Positions 29,501 to 39,311 of a DNA stretch of 64,000 nt are shown here, piece after piece (the stretch's first letter is position 1; each line of letters opens with the position of its first letter). The stretch lies in contig CBDHHL010000032.1 of assembly GCA_965263355.1 (NCBI GenBank), positions 1,728,001-1,792,000 of the forward strand, written 5' to 3'. Below the pieces are notes generated by a model. The model worked only from the letters and a program-made list of their open reading frames with translations, was not told the origin of the DNA and searched no databases. The position numbers were made by a program, and so were the translations under genes. Source of the DNA: Leptolyngbyaceae cyanobacterium (GTDB lineage: Bacteria; Cyanobacteriota; Cyanobacteriia; Phormidesmidales; Phormidesmidaceae).

Positions 29501-31454
29501 ATGATTCACGCAGTAAGATATTGTTCTTCCAAGGGCCAAGACCACTGGCATACTCACTGATGACATCAATTAGATCTTGATTAGCCAGATCGGAGTAATT
29601 AGGGGCAGCACTGAAGTCTAAGGCATCAACCAGGGCATCACCATAGATGGGACGCAGTAGATCTTCATTAAACTCACCACCAACAAACTCAGGCACATTA
29701 GCCGGGTCAGTGCTGCGAGAGATAGTCAGTTCGTAGACACCATCTACAGGGGGTAAATCACCAGTGATAATACCGCCATCTTCACCGCTAGAACTAAACT
29801 CAGCCACACCAACAACGTATGTGCCAGATTCCTCCACGGTAAAGGTAACAAAAGACGCGTTACCGACACCTGTGTTACCGGGCTCTGCCTCATCATCGTT
29901 GTTAGCGAGGAGCGTGCCATCCGCTGAGAAGAGGAACAACTCTGTATCAAAGGTACTGTCATCAATATCTAAATGCAGCGTATCGCCTGCGACTGCTTCA
30001 AAGCTGTAGTAGTCAAGGGTCTCATCCCCAGTGGCAGTGATACTCGCATGGAATGTTGATGCAGAGATGTTGACACCTGTAACATCTTGAATTCCAGTAT
30101 CAAGGTTATTGGCAAAGCTAGTTAGGGGGATTTCCTGGGCTGTTTCCAGGGTATCGTTCCCTTCAACTTCAACGATCTCGGGTACGTCAAAGGCAGAGGC
30201 TGCATTAACGACAAAGTCGTAGGGAACAGAGAAACCACCGCCCCCTTCGTTAATAAAGCTACCTTCAGTGTCACCAAATAGCTGCACCAAAGGAATATCG
30301 CCTAGACCGGCTTCAGCCAACTGACCGCTCAAGTCAATCAGATTAGAAACCTCGAAGGACTGAATAAAGATACGATCAGGATCAGTAAATCCGGTATCAC
30401 CGAGTGTCTTAACTAACGCCTCTTCTAGGGATAGACCTTGGTTATCAAAGAAAGTGGGGTGCTTGGTCTCAGGATAGATACCCACCTGAACACCGGTTTG
30501 AGCTTCCACTTCCTGAACCAGTTCGATCACCTGCTCCAGGCTAGGGATTTTGAACAGACCGTCAAAGGCAGGATCACGGAAATCGCGAGACTGTACCGCC
30601 CGTAGCTGCTGGATTTCTTCCCAGGTAAAGTCTTCTGCAAAGTAAGCAGTGACTTCTGCACCGTCCAGCATTTTAGTGGACATGCGCTCGGGACCAAACA
30701 CCTCGGCTACGTTGGTGGTGTCATCGAGCATGGGCTCATGGCGAGCGATGAGCACACCATCGGAGGTGATCACTACGTCGGGTTCGATAAAGTCAGCACC
30801 GGCTGCGATCGCAGCCCGATACGCTTCCAACGTATGCTCAGGAAAATCACCACTTGCACCCCGGTGACCAATCACCAAAGGAGCCTGACCATTGAGCGTA
30901 TTCAAGTCAACTGGATTGGGCGTGGGAATAGGAGCCTCTAGTAGTTCACCCTCACTGTTAAAGTGCAGAATATAGGGACCAAACTCTTCACCCACCCAAA
31001 TGTCACCGTTATTATCAATAACAAATGACTCAATATCAAAATCACTACCGGCTAACAGACGCTCATCGCTGTCGCCATTTTGAATATCAAATGGAATCAA
31101 ACCATTGGGATCGCTCAGTTGAACAAACCCTTGAATATCGACACTACCGTCACCACCTTGACCATTAAAGCTTGGCTTGGCCTGGTAGATTCTCAATAGA
31201 TAATCGGTACTGTTGCTTTCGCCACCAAATCCATTATCGGATAGAAACCAGAATGTCTGGTCGTCCGTGTTGGGGGCAAACTGCACACCACTGAATCCCT
31301 GTACCGGCTGCCCATCGAAGGGGCCGCTGCGACCGTTCGCAGAGATTGGTTGAATACGATTGACTGCATCAATACGACCATTATCTGTACCAGACGAAGG
31401 ACCATCGGCGAAGGTATCGGCTGGTAGAGAAGCAAACCCTTTTAAGGTAACCAT
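26505..31454 (-). CDS. Large secreted phytase-like propeller / tandem glycerophosphodiester phosphodiesterase with PPC insert and RTX Ca-binding tail
   Basis: QPVQGFSG, LSDNGFG, FDIES, GEEFGP; two VIGHRGASG...EPD...ARHE...YPETKHP...GFFTDFP GDPD domains; GYEGMAFSPD, NDNNYPFS; GGxGxD repeats. Confidence 0.92.
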   Translation of the reverse strand: MVTLKGFASLPADTFADGPSSGTDNGRIDAVNRIQPISANGRSGPFDGQPVQGFSGVQFAPNTDDQTFWFLSDNGFGGESNSTDYLLRIYQAKPSFNGQGGDGSVDIQGFVQLSDPNGLIPFDIQNGDSDERLLAGSDFDIESFVIDNNGDIWVGEEFGPYILHFNSEGELLEAPIPTPNPVDLNTLNGQAPLVIGHRGASGDFPEHTLEAYRAAIAAGADFIEPDVVITSDGVLIARHEPMLDDTTNVAEVFGPERMSTKMLDGAEVTAYFAEDFTWEEIQQLRAVQSRDFRDPAFDGLFKIPSLEQVIELVQEVEAQTGVQVGIYPETKHPTFFDNQGLSLEEALVKTLGDTGFTDPDRIFIQSFEVSNLIDLSGQLAEAGLGDIPLVQLFGDTEGSFINEGGGGFSVPYDFVVNAASAFDVPEIVEVEGNDTLETAQEIPLTSFANNLDTGIQDVTGVNISASTFHASITATGDETLDYYSFEAVAGDTLHLDIDDSTFDTELFLFSADGTLLANNDDEAEPGNTGVGNASFVTFTVEESGTYVVGVAEFSSSGEDGGIITGDLPPVDGVYELTISRSTDPANVPEFVGGEFNEDLLRPIYGDALVDALDFSAAPNYSDLANQDLIDVISEYASGLGPWKNNILLRESLDTPVDGDGDGVAEITSQLTGEVFPLIDFAHNSGLQIHPYTLRDEERFLTLNEDGTPQTPEEEFQQLVELGVDGFFTDFPRTGDPVVDKLTSDEVRSPNNPDFDFNTLNGQTPLVIGHRGASGDFPEHTLEAYRLAIYQGADFVEPDLVITSDGVLIARHEPMLDDTTNVAEVFGPERMSTKMLDGAEVTAYFAEDFTLAEIKQLRAVQSRDFRSDEFDGQFEIPTFEEVIQLVEEVSGLVGREIGIYPETKHPTFFDEQGLSLEEPLVQTLVDTGFTDRDRIFIQSFEISNLLDLRNNILPAAGLDNLQLVQLFGDTEGSFINDGGGGFSVPYDLVVNADLSDAEKEAIYGDLLPFLDFENPGYDSLANGEAITEISSYADGLGPWKNNILLRESFATSEDRDGNGTNETILQRITFDTTEGVFGGLVAYNSELFTGEGTEIVDPANSLELDIDFFGTTLTEEDDSLFDFFPQLTLEDGVPVNLEYQILTDDLSFSITGVTGDLEVEFEQGPVTAPTLAGEGIVEIPVGITSQLTGEVVPLVDFAHDAGLQIHPYTLRDEPRFLTLNPDGTIQTAGEEFEQLIELGVDGFFTDFPETGRIIVEQFETAEEFANLRGSRGYEGMAFSPDRLTLYPMLEGSVFGDPAGSLRIYEFDVASSAFEGILGLYQLEETNHAIGDFTPINDDEFLVIERDGGQAAGAEFKKIFKVDLSNIDADGFVEKTEVADLLNIADPDDLNGDGETTFTFPFVTIEDVLVLDETTILVANDNNYPFSIGRDFTGTEIDNNEVIVLELDNPLNLDSRLGAAAIPDADPIVGDDGDNEVIGTVSNDTIAGGLGADIIAGGSGDDVLRGDLDSRNPQGNAGGDDLIFGGAGNDRIGGKGGNDELFGDAGDDLIWGDDGDDIIRGDLGNDTLTGDNFSGGSGSDTFILASGEGTDTIVDFEVGIDFIGLADGLTFDQLSLGQSGDTAVISFGDEDLALLNGVAVSALTETAFTVV

Positions 31455-31982
31455 CTTTACCTCTGAAGAACACTAACACTAAGTAACTGTTGACATGAAG
31501 AAACCAGCCACTCCCCAAAAGAAGTGAGCGCCATCATCTCCATCTCTCTTTTCGGATCTTTTAAAATCCCCCTCAAAAATATTTCAGAAGTAGGTTAACA
31601 AAACATTTTCATACTGTTAACCATAGATTGCTAAATCCATTGAATTTTGACAACAGTTGGGAAAGGGATTGGTTAGAGGTTGTTTAGCTACGATACCTGA
31701 GGGCAATAACTTTCATGAAGGCTTATTTAGTTTAACCAGATTGTTACCAAAGCCCCCAAAGAGATTTTTAAGTCATCAAATGAAATCAAACAATACCACC
31801 GTAGGTTGGGCCTTGCCACCAGGCCGTAGGCCATAGGTTAGGTAGAGGCACGAAACCCAACTGGGAGAATAGGGAATGGGAAATAGACCTTTTTAGTTAA
31901 ATAAATCTATACTTTTCATCTTTCTGATTGTTTTTGTGAATTGAACATTTTTCTAGTAAGCACCAGGTTTAAAGAACCTAAT

Positions 31983-32011
31983 CTTAACCTGCGTTAAACT
32001 CTTCTTCATCC
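31983..32011 (+). promoter_or_regulatory. Pho-box-like repeats upstream of the GspE/PilB ATPase
   Basis: CTTAACCT, GTTAAACT, CTTCATCC at 10-11 bp spacing; cyanobacterial SphR consensus is PyTTAAPyPy(T/A). Confidence 0.45.
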
Positions 32012-32057
32012 AGATAAGAAATAATGCTGGCTAGCACTCTGGGGGATTGAGTGTTCC

Positions 32058-32190
32058 TAGTGGTCTGTTAAGCCTAAGATTTTCGGTAAGGCGGATAAAG
32101 AGTAAAGAGTTTGAGGTGATGATGAGTCATTCTTTACTCGTCACTCTTTATCAGTAACCAACCCAAATTTTTAGCCTTGACGATGCACTA
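32058..32190. mobile_element. 133-bp MITE-like element, copy 1
   Basis: Ends tagtggtctgttaagc / ccttgacgatgcacta are imperfect inverted repeats; colinear second copy at 42549-42681. Confidence 0.8.
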
Positions 32191-32237
32191 ATGGTTAAGG
32201 TGATCTTTCTGTCAACGATCCGTCTGGTAATTTTTTA

Positions 32238-33920
32238 ATGTATCTCGATTCTGATTTTTTGACGGCGTGGCAACAGCTTAGAAACGGGCAAGTTGATTGT
32301 CAGCAAGCATTACAACTATTGCGAGATGAGCAGGGAGCGCTTAATCTGCCCTTGCTTGACGATGAAGTGTGTCAGCGTTTCTTTCAGCTATTTCCTGAGC
32401 AACAAGAGCTGCCGCCTGTAGTGCCGCTGTTGCTTTGGCGTAATTGCTACTATCTGGGCAGCCCGGTGGCCCTGACGCCCGATTTAATTCAGCGGATTTG
32501 CGATCGCACCCTCACCCAAGTCAAAGTCCTATCCATCACCGAAAAAAGCTATCGCTGTTGGCATCACACCCGTAACTTCGATGTTAATCATATGGGGGAT
32601 ACTCCCCTGGTAAATCCCTTAACCGGTAACTGCGACTCAGAGGACATCAGCGAAACGACAGAGTTGTTTTTAGCCAAGGCTGAGGGCCAGATCGATCGCA
32701 TTAAGACAATTATTGCCAGTGCGTTAAGAAATCGTGCCAGTGATGTTCACCTGGAACCGACCACCGAGGGACTGCAGGTGCGCTATCGCATTGACGGAGT
32801 ATTGCGCCATGTGACCAAACTACCCCTAGAAATTAGCCGTCGTGTCATTGTTGCCCTGAAAGTAATGGCCAGCATGGACATAGCCGACAGTCGTCGGCCC
32901 CACGATGGTCGCATTGGTGAGCAATATATGTCTGGGGATGGTCAAGCCCTGGGCATGGATATGCGAGTAAGTACCCTGCCCTGTGTCTGTGGAGAAAAGG
33001 CCGTTGTGCGTTTGCTGCCACGCAAAAACCCCTTTTCTACCATCGATAAACTTGGCTTTTCCCCAAAAGTATTGCCCACCTATAAAACCTGGCTGGAACA
33101 ACCCCAGGGGCTAATTATCTTCACCGGTCCTACCGGTTCTGGCAAAACCAGTACTCTGTATACCAGTCTGCAGTCCATCGCCACGGAACATGTCAACGTG
33201 GTTACAGTGGAAGACCCGGTAGAATATGTGCTACCGCGAATCACCCAAACCCAGGTCAATGAAGCCGCTGGCATGACCTTTGCCGCAGGACTGCGAGCTA
33301 TCCTACGACAGGATCCCGACATTATTATGTTGGGCGAGGTGCGGGATCATGAAACTGCCGAAACAGCCGTAAGAGCGGCCTTAACCGGTCACCTGGTATT
33401 TACCACTCTACATACTAATGATGCGGTGGGAGCCATTCCCCGATTGCAGGATATTGGCCCTGATCCCAGTCTTATCAGCGATGCGCTACTGGGTGTGGTA
33501 GCCCAACGATTGGTGCGTCGCCTTTGTCCCCACTGTGCCGAGAGTTACACCGCCACTGAGTCTGACTTTAAGCGATTGGGATTACTGCCATCCCAGATCA
33601 AAACACCCACAGTTTTATATCGGGCACGCGGCTGCAGTCACTGTTTAGACTCTGGATACATTGGTCGGGAAGCCATTGTTGAATTACTCGAAGTGGATGA
33701 ACCCATTCGAGAGATTATTCACAGCGGCAATATGATCGATTTACACCGCTATCTAAGAGAAACTGACTTTATGTCATTCCGTCAGGCTGCCATTGAAAAG
33801 GTCTTTGCCGGAGTAACCAGCATTGATGAAGTCTTTCGGGTACTACCCCGCAGTGCTCTGCGGGTGACTGAACCTCACTCCAAACAACGATTTAGGGAAC
33901 TAACGGCCCAAAACACATAG
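32238..33920 (+). CDS. GspE/PulE/PilB family secretion ATPase
   Basis: ASDVHLEP, Walker A GPTGSGKT, VEDPVEY, LRQDPDIIMLGEVRD, TGHLVFTTLH, CPHC...CSHC. Confidence 0.93.
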   Translation: MYLDSDFLTAWQQLRNGQVDCQQALQLLRDEQGALNLPLLDDEVCQRFFQLFPEQQELPPVVPLLLWRNCYYLGSPVALTPDLIQRICDRTLTQVKVLSITEKSYRCWHHTRNFDVNHMGDTPLVNPLTGNCDSEDISETTELFLAKAEGQIDRIKTIIASALRNRASDVHLEPTTEGLQVRYRIDGVLRHVTKLPLEISRRVIVALKVMASMDIADSRRPHDGRIGEQYMSGDGQALGMDMRVSTLPCVCGEKAVVRLLPRKNPFSTIDKLGFSPKVLPTYKTWLEQPQGLIIFTGPTGSGKTSTLYTSLQSIATEHVNVVTVEDPVEYVLPRITQTQVNEAAGMTFAAGLRAILRQDPDIIMLGEVRDHETAETAVRAALTGHLVFTTLHTNDAVGAIPRLQDIGPDPSLISDALLGVVAQRLVRRLCPHCAESYTATESDFKRLGLLPSQIKTPTVLYRARGCSHCLDSGYIGREAIVELLEVDEPIREIIHSGNMIDLHRYLRETDFMSFRQAAIEKVFAGVTSIDEVFRVLPRSALRVTEPHSKQRFRELTAQNT

Positions 33921-33937
33921 CCTTATAAAACCACCAC

Positions 33938-34444
33938 CTAAAACGAAATAGACTGACCACGGCTATCGCCGCATAGTTCAGCATAATCATCGGGAGACGA
34001 CACCTGGTCTAACCGCCAACAGATATTCGTGGAGGTTTGTGCAATCTCAGTGTTCGTGGCTACCACTGTTGGCTGAGATTGTCGTCGGTAGCCCAAAAAG
34101 CGAATGGATTCACTAAAGTATCTGGTTAGCTCAGTTAAATCTCGATGCTGTTGCCAATCAGCACGCGAAACCTCTGTGGATGACACATAGGTCACTTGCC
34201 CGTTCCGTTCTCCAGATACAATAACCTTCAGCATTGTAGCTGACAGATTCTCAGTAAAATAGTTCTCGGTAGTCGTCTGCACTAACTCTGCCGCATGTTG
34301 TTCCAGAGTTTCAAAAGAGCGATGTTGGTTGGCATCCACCATCAGAGTGATAATTTCTGTGGTTGCCCAGGCTGGTTTGCCAAAGGTGCCCAATAAAATA
34401 ACTAATCCTGCTAGCCAGTGTATTGGCTTGGTCAATGCATACAT
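33938..34444 (-). CDS. Hypothetical secreted protein, paralog of 38757..39239
   Basis: Signal peptide ending PAWA; RNGQ...EVSRADWQQ; start set at MYALTK, downstream of the terminator. Confidence 0.7.
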   Translation of the reverse strand: MYALTKPIHWLAGLVILLGTFGKPAWATTEIITLMVDANQHRSFETLEQHAAELVQTTTENYFTENLSATMLKVIVSGERNGQVTYVSSTEVSRADWQQHRDLTELTRYFSESIRFLGYRRQSQPTVVATNTEIAQTSTNICWRLDQVSSPDDYAELCGDSRGQSISF

Positions 34445-34490
34445 GGTTTGTCTTACCCCAATAAAATGCTTAAACGTCAAACTCAATATC

Positions 34491-34518
34491 AAAAAAGGGC
34501 GCACAGTTTTGTGCGCCC
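34491..34518 (-). terminator. Rho-independent terminator after the metallophosphoesterase gene
   Basis: gggcgcaca-gttt-tgtgcgccc followed by T6 on the minus strand. Confidence 0.75.
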
Positions 34519-34540
34519 CACTGAGAGAGAGCACCCAGGC

Positions 34541-35518
34541 TTAATCGCTAATGTATTCAGGAAAAAATTCAAACACCTGGGGATTGCGAGGGTTAACAAC
34601 TACCCGTAACCAATTGACATTGGGAGAGCCAAAGGTTTCTACCCGAGTGAAGTTGTCAATATCGACATTGTCATCAGGAACATTGAGGGGCTTGTCAATG
34701 CGGAAATAGTGGCTATCACCGTGGACCAATACAACGGGTTTGCCAAAGGCTAGGGTTTCTGCCTGGAGCAGATCAATAAAGTCATTAAACCCAGTACGCT
34801 CCTCAGGTTCTCTATCAAAGCGGGGGTTGGCATGGATAACGACCATTAGCGCACGGCTATTTTGACTGTCTGCTTCATCAAACGCTTCTTCTAACCAAGC
34901 TAAGTTGGCTTCATTCCGATCCTCATATTCAGCATCGTTCTCAGCATTGCGACCCAGGTTATTGTTACTACCTACAACATGGATACCAGCGTAGGTCACC
35001 TCGCCATAGTTCCAAATGACATTCTCACGATATTCACTAAACCCTGACTCATCGCTCTGACGCCTTACGGTCAAAGTTCGCTGACCCAGGGTTTGGTTTC
35101 CATCAGATACTGGGAAGAAAAGCTCACGGATTTTGGCCAAACGCTCAATGGGATCAAACTGCCCAGCCCCTTCACGGTGACAATCCGTCCACTCGTTATC
35201 ACCAGGAATATAAATCAACGGATGCACAAATCGCTGAAATAAATTCAACCGTGCTTCAAAGGCTTCGTCTGTACAGGGCGTAGACCCCCCTTTAAAGTCA
35301 CCATCATGAACGATAAATTCTAAGCGGGAGCTATTAATCTCAGACAACAGCGTTTCGAACTTTTCTTCCTGGATCGGATCGTAGGGAAGGTCACCAGTAA
35401 GCGCAAACTCGTAGCGACTTAGATTGCTAGAACGCTGAGCCAAGCCAGGTACGGCTAAAGCGGCTGAAAATAGACCGGCTAAACAAACAGAAGACAGGAG
35501 TAGATGCTTGATACGCAT
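34541..35518 (-). CDS. Secreted calcineurin-like metallophosphoesterase
   Basis: Signal peptide; GDLPY, HDGDFK, PGDNEW, IHANP, HGDSH. Confidence 0.82.
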   Translation of the reverse strand: MRIKHLLLSSVCLAGLFSAALAVPGLAQRSSNLSRYEFALTGDLPYDPIQEEKFETLLSEINSSRLEFIVHDGDFKGGSTPCTDEAFEARLNLFQRFVHPLIYIPGDNEWTDCHREGAGQFDPIERLAKIRELFFPVSDGNQTLGQRTLTVRRQSDESGFSEYRENVIWNYGEVTYAGIHVVGSNNNLGRNAENDAEYEDRNEANLAWLEEAFDEADSQNSRALMVVIHANPRFDREPEERTGFNDFIDLLQAETLAFGKPVVLVHGDSHYFRIDKPLNVPDDNVDIDNFTRVETFGSPNVNWLRVVVNPRNPQVFEFFPEYISD

Positions 35519-35551
35519 GATATAACCTCGTGATGAAAATTTGGATATTGT

Positions 35552-36121
35552 TCAGGCTTGACGACGACGCAAAGCACTTCCAGCCACAGTCAGAAGTATT
35601 CCAACAATCAAACCAGGCTCAGGTGTAGACGCAAAATTCAGTTCACCATCCGCTAATAAAGCGACATCTCCACGCAGATCATCACTGATGAAATCAACTC
35701 CACCAGGGATATTGGTATTAAATTCAAAGACGAAATCAGGACCGTCAATTTCTACCTTGTAGTTCAATGCAGCAGGACTGCCGGAGTTAAAAATAGCTTG
35801 AGGAAAACCGATACCAAATCCGGTATCATCCTGAGCGCTATAGGTCACAGGCGTGATTGTATCTGAACCAACAAAATCAAACGTTAGATCGAGTAGGCCT
35901 TTATCAAGGGAAAGGGTTTCCTCACCACTGCCGGTAAGAAAACTATCGTCATAAACAAAGCTCCCTAAAAAGGTTTCACCGACAGGAAATAGATCGCCAT
36001 CAATGATCTCTACAGAAAAATCTTGCTGTAGGGTTACAGCATTGGCAGGAGCAGCACTAAACGTAATAAGGCCACTGGTTAGGGTCATGCCAACCAGGGC
36101 AATTTTCCGACAAAGGTGCAT
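35552..36121 (-). CDS. PEP-CTERM sorting-domain protein
   Basis: Signal peptide ending PANA; C-terminal TPEPG + TM + RRRQ. Confidence 0.85.
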   Translation of the reverse strand: MHLCRKIALVGMTLTSGLITFSAAPANAVTLQQDFSVEIIDGDLFPVGETFLGSFVYDDSFLTGSGEETLSLDKGLLDLTFDFVGSDTITPVTYSAQDDTGFGIGFPQAIFNSGSPAALNYKVEIDGPDFVFEFNTNIPGGVDFISDDLRGDVALLADGELNFASTPEPGLIVGILLTVAGSALRRRQA

Positions 36122-36266
36122 GGTAGAACCTCACAGGTGACAAAATATGCCGCTGCTAACCAAGGATCAGCAACAACTGAAATAAAAACTAAAGAAATGC
36201 ACTATCTACACAGTGTTATCCTTTGAAGGGATAAAATCCATTGTTTTACCAACAGGTGTTTTAACA

Positions 36267-36743
36267 ATGAAACTAACGGCTCAAGATCTTCTGGCGCGAT
36301 ATGCCGCTGGTGAACGAGATTTTTCAGGAACTGAACTCGACGATCTAAAGTTTAAGCAGGAAAATCTATCTGGCATAAACCTTGAAGTGGCTACTTTAGA
36401 TGGCGTTCTTTTTCGTGAGACTATCTTGAAAAATGCCTGTTTTAGAAAGGCTAATTTAGTTGATGCTAATATTCGTAAAGCCAATCTAGAGAATGCTGAC
36501 CTATCTGAGGCCGATCTAGAAGGAGCCGATTTAGAAGGCAGTAATTTAAGTGGCGCTTGTCTAGAAGGGGCAAATCTTAAGAGTGCCAGTCTTCGTAACG
36601 TTAACTTAAAAGGCGCTAATTTGAAAAATGCTGACCTACGTGGTGTTGCGCTCCTAGGAGCAAACCTAGAAAATGTTCAAATTGAGGGTACTAGCCTTAA
36701 AGGTGCTCTGCTAAAAGGTACTCAACTAGAAAACCATCAGTAG
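36267..36743 (+). CDS. Pentapeptide repeat protein
   Basis: LLARYAAGERDFSG followed by A(D/N)Lxx repeats. Confidence 0.9.
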   Translation: MKLTAQDLLARYAAGERDFSGTELDDLKFKQENLSGINLEVATLDGVLFRETILKNACFRKANLVDANIRKANLENADLSEADLEGADLEGSNLSGACLEGANLKSASLRNVNLKGANLKNADLRGVALLGANLENVQIEGTSLKGALLKGTQLENHQ

Positions 36744-36751
36744 TCTGCGAT

Positions 36752-36804
36752 GAAGGGTGAAGAGTAAAGAGTGAAACATTTACCTTTTACCCTTTACCCT
36801 TCAC
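36752..36804. repeat. Heptamer (STRR-like) inverted repeat between convergent genes, probable bidirectional terminator
   Basis: gaagggtgaagagtaaagagtgaa ... tttaccttttaccctttacccttc. Confidence 0.55.
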
Positions 36805-36825
36805 GTAAACTAACTAACTATCACC

Positions 36826-38244
36826 TTATACAGTCGTGATGGGCTGACCATCTTGTCTGTACAGCATGATAGTGATACCAGGGGACTGGATGTTGAAGAA
36901 CATCTTAGTACCATCGGCAGAGAAGCAACCACCTGCAAACTCACTGCCCTCAAAGCCAGGAGCAATGTTCTTAGCAATTTGGAAGAGTCCGCCGTCTAGA
37001 GTTACACCTACAACATACTGTTCACCACCACCATCTTCAAACAGGTAGAGGGTACCATCAGGAGCAACAGTGATGTTGTCAGGATTGTCAAGAGCAACTT
37101 CATCAGTGGACTCAACAAACAGAGTTACTGTTTCAGTCACATCGTCATAGCACCAAACCTGACCAGCGCCAGCATCTCCACCGCTGGTACATACCCAGTA
37201 AATCTTGCCATTACCGTACCAGGCACCTTCACCACGGGCAAAGATAGCACCGCCTAGTTCCTGAGCATCAAGGCGAAGAACATCTTCATCAGGGTTAATG
37301 TTGACACCGTTGGCGTTCAAGCTCACCCACTCCACAGCTAGAGGCTGGTTCAGTAAGGACAACACACCAGTACGAGTATCCTGAGGGCCATCTACAAGGG
37401 TAAGTACCTGCAGCTCACCACCAGCAGCTAGGTTACCAGGGGTGTTAGGAATATAGCGATAAATGCAGCTATCGCCACGGTCCTCAGTCTCATATACATA
37501 ACCAGTAGCAGGGTCAACAGCCACTGCTTCGTGGTTGAAACGACCCATTTCAATTAGGGCTACAGGATCCACTAAACCACCACGGGCAGGCACTTCAAAG
37601 TTAAAGCCGTGCTTAACCGTGGAGTTTTCGTTGTTGTCAGGAGTGCTGACGTTCTCTTCACAGGAAATCCAGCTACCCCAAGGTGTGGGACCACCTGCAC
37701 AGTTACGGTAAGTACCGGCAAGAGAAACATAATCCCGTAAAACTTGACCACTGTTGGTGATGATCATGGTGGACGTACCACCAGCACCTAGACCTTCAGG
37801 CACAGTTTGGTCAAACCGATCATAGGCTTTAGCAAGGCCAGTACCACCAGTAAAGCCAGAGCCGTCGTCTTCACCAGGGCTCAACTCATGGTTTTGTACC
37901 AGAATGTTGGTACCACGGGGACCCGCAAACCAAGCCATACCATCGTGGTCGCTAGGGCAAGGGTTGCCATCGCTCATTTTCATTCCACTAACGTGGAATG
38001 CACAATATTCAAATCCCTCGGGAACCTCTAGCAGGGCACCTGCAGTCTGAATGTTATAGACAGGGCTGAATCGGGGGTCAACATTGGCAGGCAACTTGGC
38101 AGTCAATGGGCCAAAGGGGTCAGCCGCAGGATTTTGACCAAAGGCTTTTTTGGCTAGAAGTGCCTGTAGGGGGGAAACAGCTAATGCACCAGCTGCACCA
38201 GCACCCATAAAGCTGAAAAAACTACGACGAGATAGGGAAACCAC
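36826..38244 (-). CDS. phoX: PhoX-family alkaline phosphatase with Tat signal
   Basis: SRRSFF Tat motif; DHDGM, NHE, NCAGGPTPWGSWISCEE, GRFNHEA, RGEG, DNPDN, SEFAG. Confidence 0.92.
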   Translation of the reverse strand: MVSLSRRSFFSFMGAGAAGALAVSPLQALLAKKAFGQNPAADPFGPLTAKLPANVDPRFSPVYNIQTAGALLEVPEGFEYCAFHVSGMKMSDGNPCPSDHDGMAWFAGPRGTNILVQNHELSPGEDDGSGFTGGTGLAKAYDRFDQTVPEGLGAGGTSTMIITNSGQVLRDYVSLAGTYRNCAGGPTPWGSWISCEENVSTPDNNENSTVKHGFNFEVPARGGLVDPVALIEMGRFNHEAVAVDPATGYVYETEDRGDSCIYRYIPNTPGNLAAGGELQVLTLVDGPQDTRTGVLSLLNQPLAVEWVSLNANGVNINPDEDVLRLDAQELGGAIFARGEGAWYGNGKIYWVCTSGGDAGAGQVWCYDDVTETVTLFVESTDEVALDNPDNITVAPDGTLYLFEDGGGEQYVVGVTLDGGLFQIAKNIAPGFEGSEFAGGCFSADGTKMFFNIQSPGITIMLYRQDGQPITTV

Positions 38245-38572
38245 TATGTTCTCTCCTCTCTAGAAAACAGTAAATACAAACGGAATTCGATCTGGCAAGG
38301 GGACGATTAAGGCTATTTTTCGACGATCAGACGATCAAAGTTTTCAAACACTGATGCAGCTGCTTTATATCGTTTAGATAGATGACAGTGCTAAAAATGC
38401 TTTCAAGGCTTAAGCCTGTGGACATAGGCCCATACAGATTTTTCCCATAGAAAACGATTGACAAGACAACACAAGCGACAGGTTTATGCGCCGCCTCAAG
38501 CAATCAAAATCTCTAGAAAAAATTGTTTTGAATCCTATGCCGCAAAGATTTTATCAAGCGTTCTCTCGTAAG

Positions 38573-38602
38573 TAGTTAAGGCAGGATTAACGAGAGTTTA
38601 GT
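38573..38602 (-). promoter_or_regulatory. Pho box (three 11-bp-spaced repeats) upstream of phoX
   Basis: Minus strand ACTAAACT-ctc-GTTAATCC-tgc-CTTAACTA. Confidence 0.7.
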
Positions 38603-38756
38603 ATTTATCGTCTTGAGGTTGTGTAAGTTTGACAAAACCAATGAAATCCTTCTCTTTTAATGATTATGGCAATGGTGTCGTTACAAATTCTGTTTAATTG
38701 ACAGAAAAGTATGTGTGCTTGTCTACAAAGAAGTGTGACTTGACATTGTATTCTTA

Positions 38757-39239
38757 TTAGTCAAGCTCATCGATTAGTGCTTCACGCCGATTTAATTCAG
38801 CTAGAAACTGTTGACGGGTCTGTTGCCGACTAGCTGCTATTTGGGTTGGCTGGGCATAGCCTAACAAAATACGCACGCTGGTACTATAACGAGCCCAGGT
38901 TTGAATATCAGATTGCTGTTGCCACTGCTCACGGGACACTTCGGCCATGAGGAGGGGTAAAAGTTGACCGTTGCGATTGATCAGAACAGTTAGCTCAATA
39001 GGAGCAGCCTCTGGATTGGTGTCAAAGGATGTTGCGATCGCATCATTGGCCATCACCACGGCCTGCTCTATCAGCCGATTATAGTTATGGACCTGATCGG
39101 CTTGTAGCGTGATGCTGATTGATTCGGTTGCGACCTGATCGGTTAGGGTGGGTTGTGCGATCGCAGACACATTTGCAATCCCAAGACTCAACAGGGCGAG
39201 TAAACTACTGGAACAAAACTGAAAGAAAGGCTTAACCAT
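38757..39239 (-). CDS. Hypothetical secreted protein, paralog of 33938..34444
   Basis: Signal peptide ending SAIA; RNGQ...EVSREQWQQ...WARY. Confidence 0.75.
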   Translation of the reverse strand: MVKPFFQFCSSSLLALLSLGIANVSAIAQPTLTDQVATESISITLQADQVHNYNRLIEQAVVMANDAIATSFDTNPEAAPIELTVLINRNGQLLPLLMAEVSREQWQQQSDIQTWARYSTSVRILLGYAQPTQIAASRQQTRQQFLAELNRREALIDELD

Positions 39240-39311
39240 AATTGCCCACCAAACGGGGTTGGAAAAAGTTCTGGAATAGACATTAAAACATAGACAAATG
39301 CCTTAAACATC

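Noticed and set aside
32238..33920. Complete type II secretion or pilus operon
   Set aside because: Only the ATPase is present; no pilin, platform or secretin gene in the window.
34445..34534. Longer start for ORF 33938..34534
   Set aside because: The extension spans a Rho-independent terminator; the signal peptide begins at 34444.
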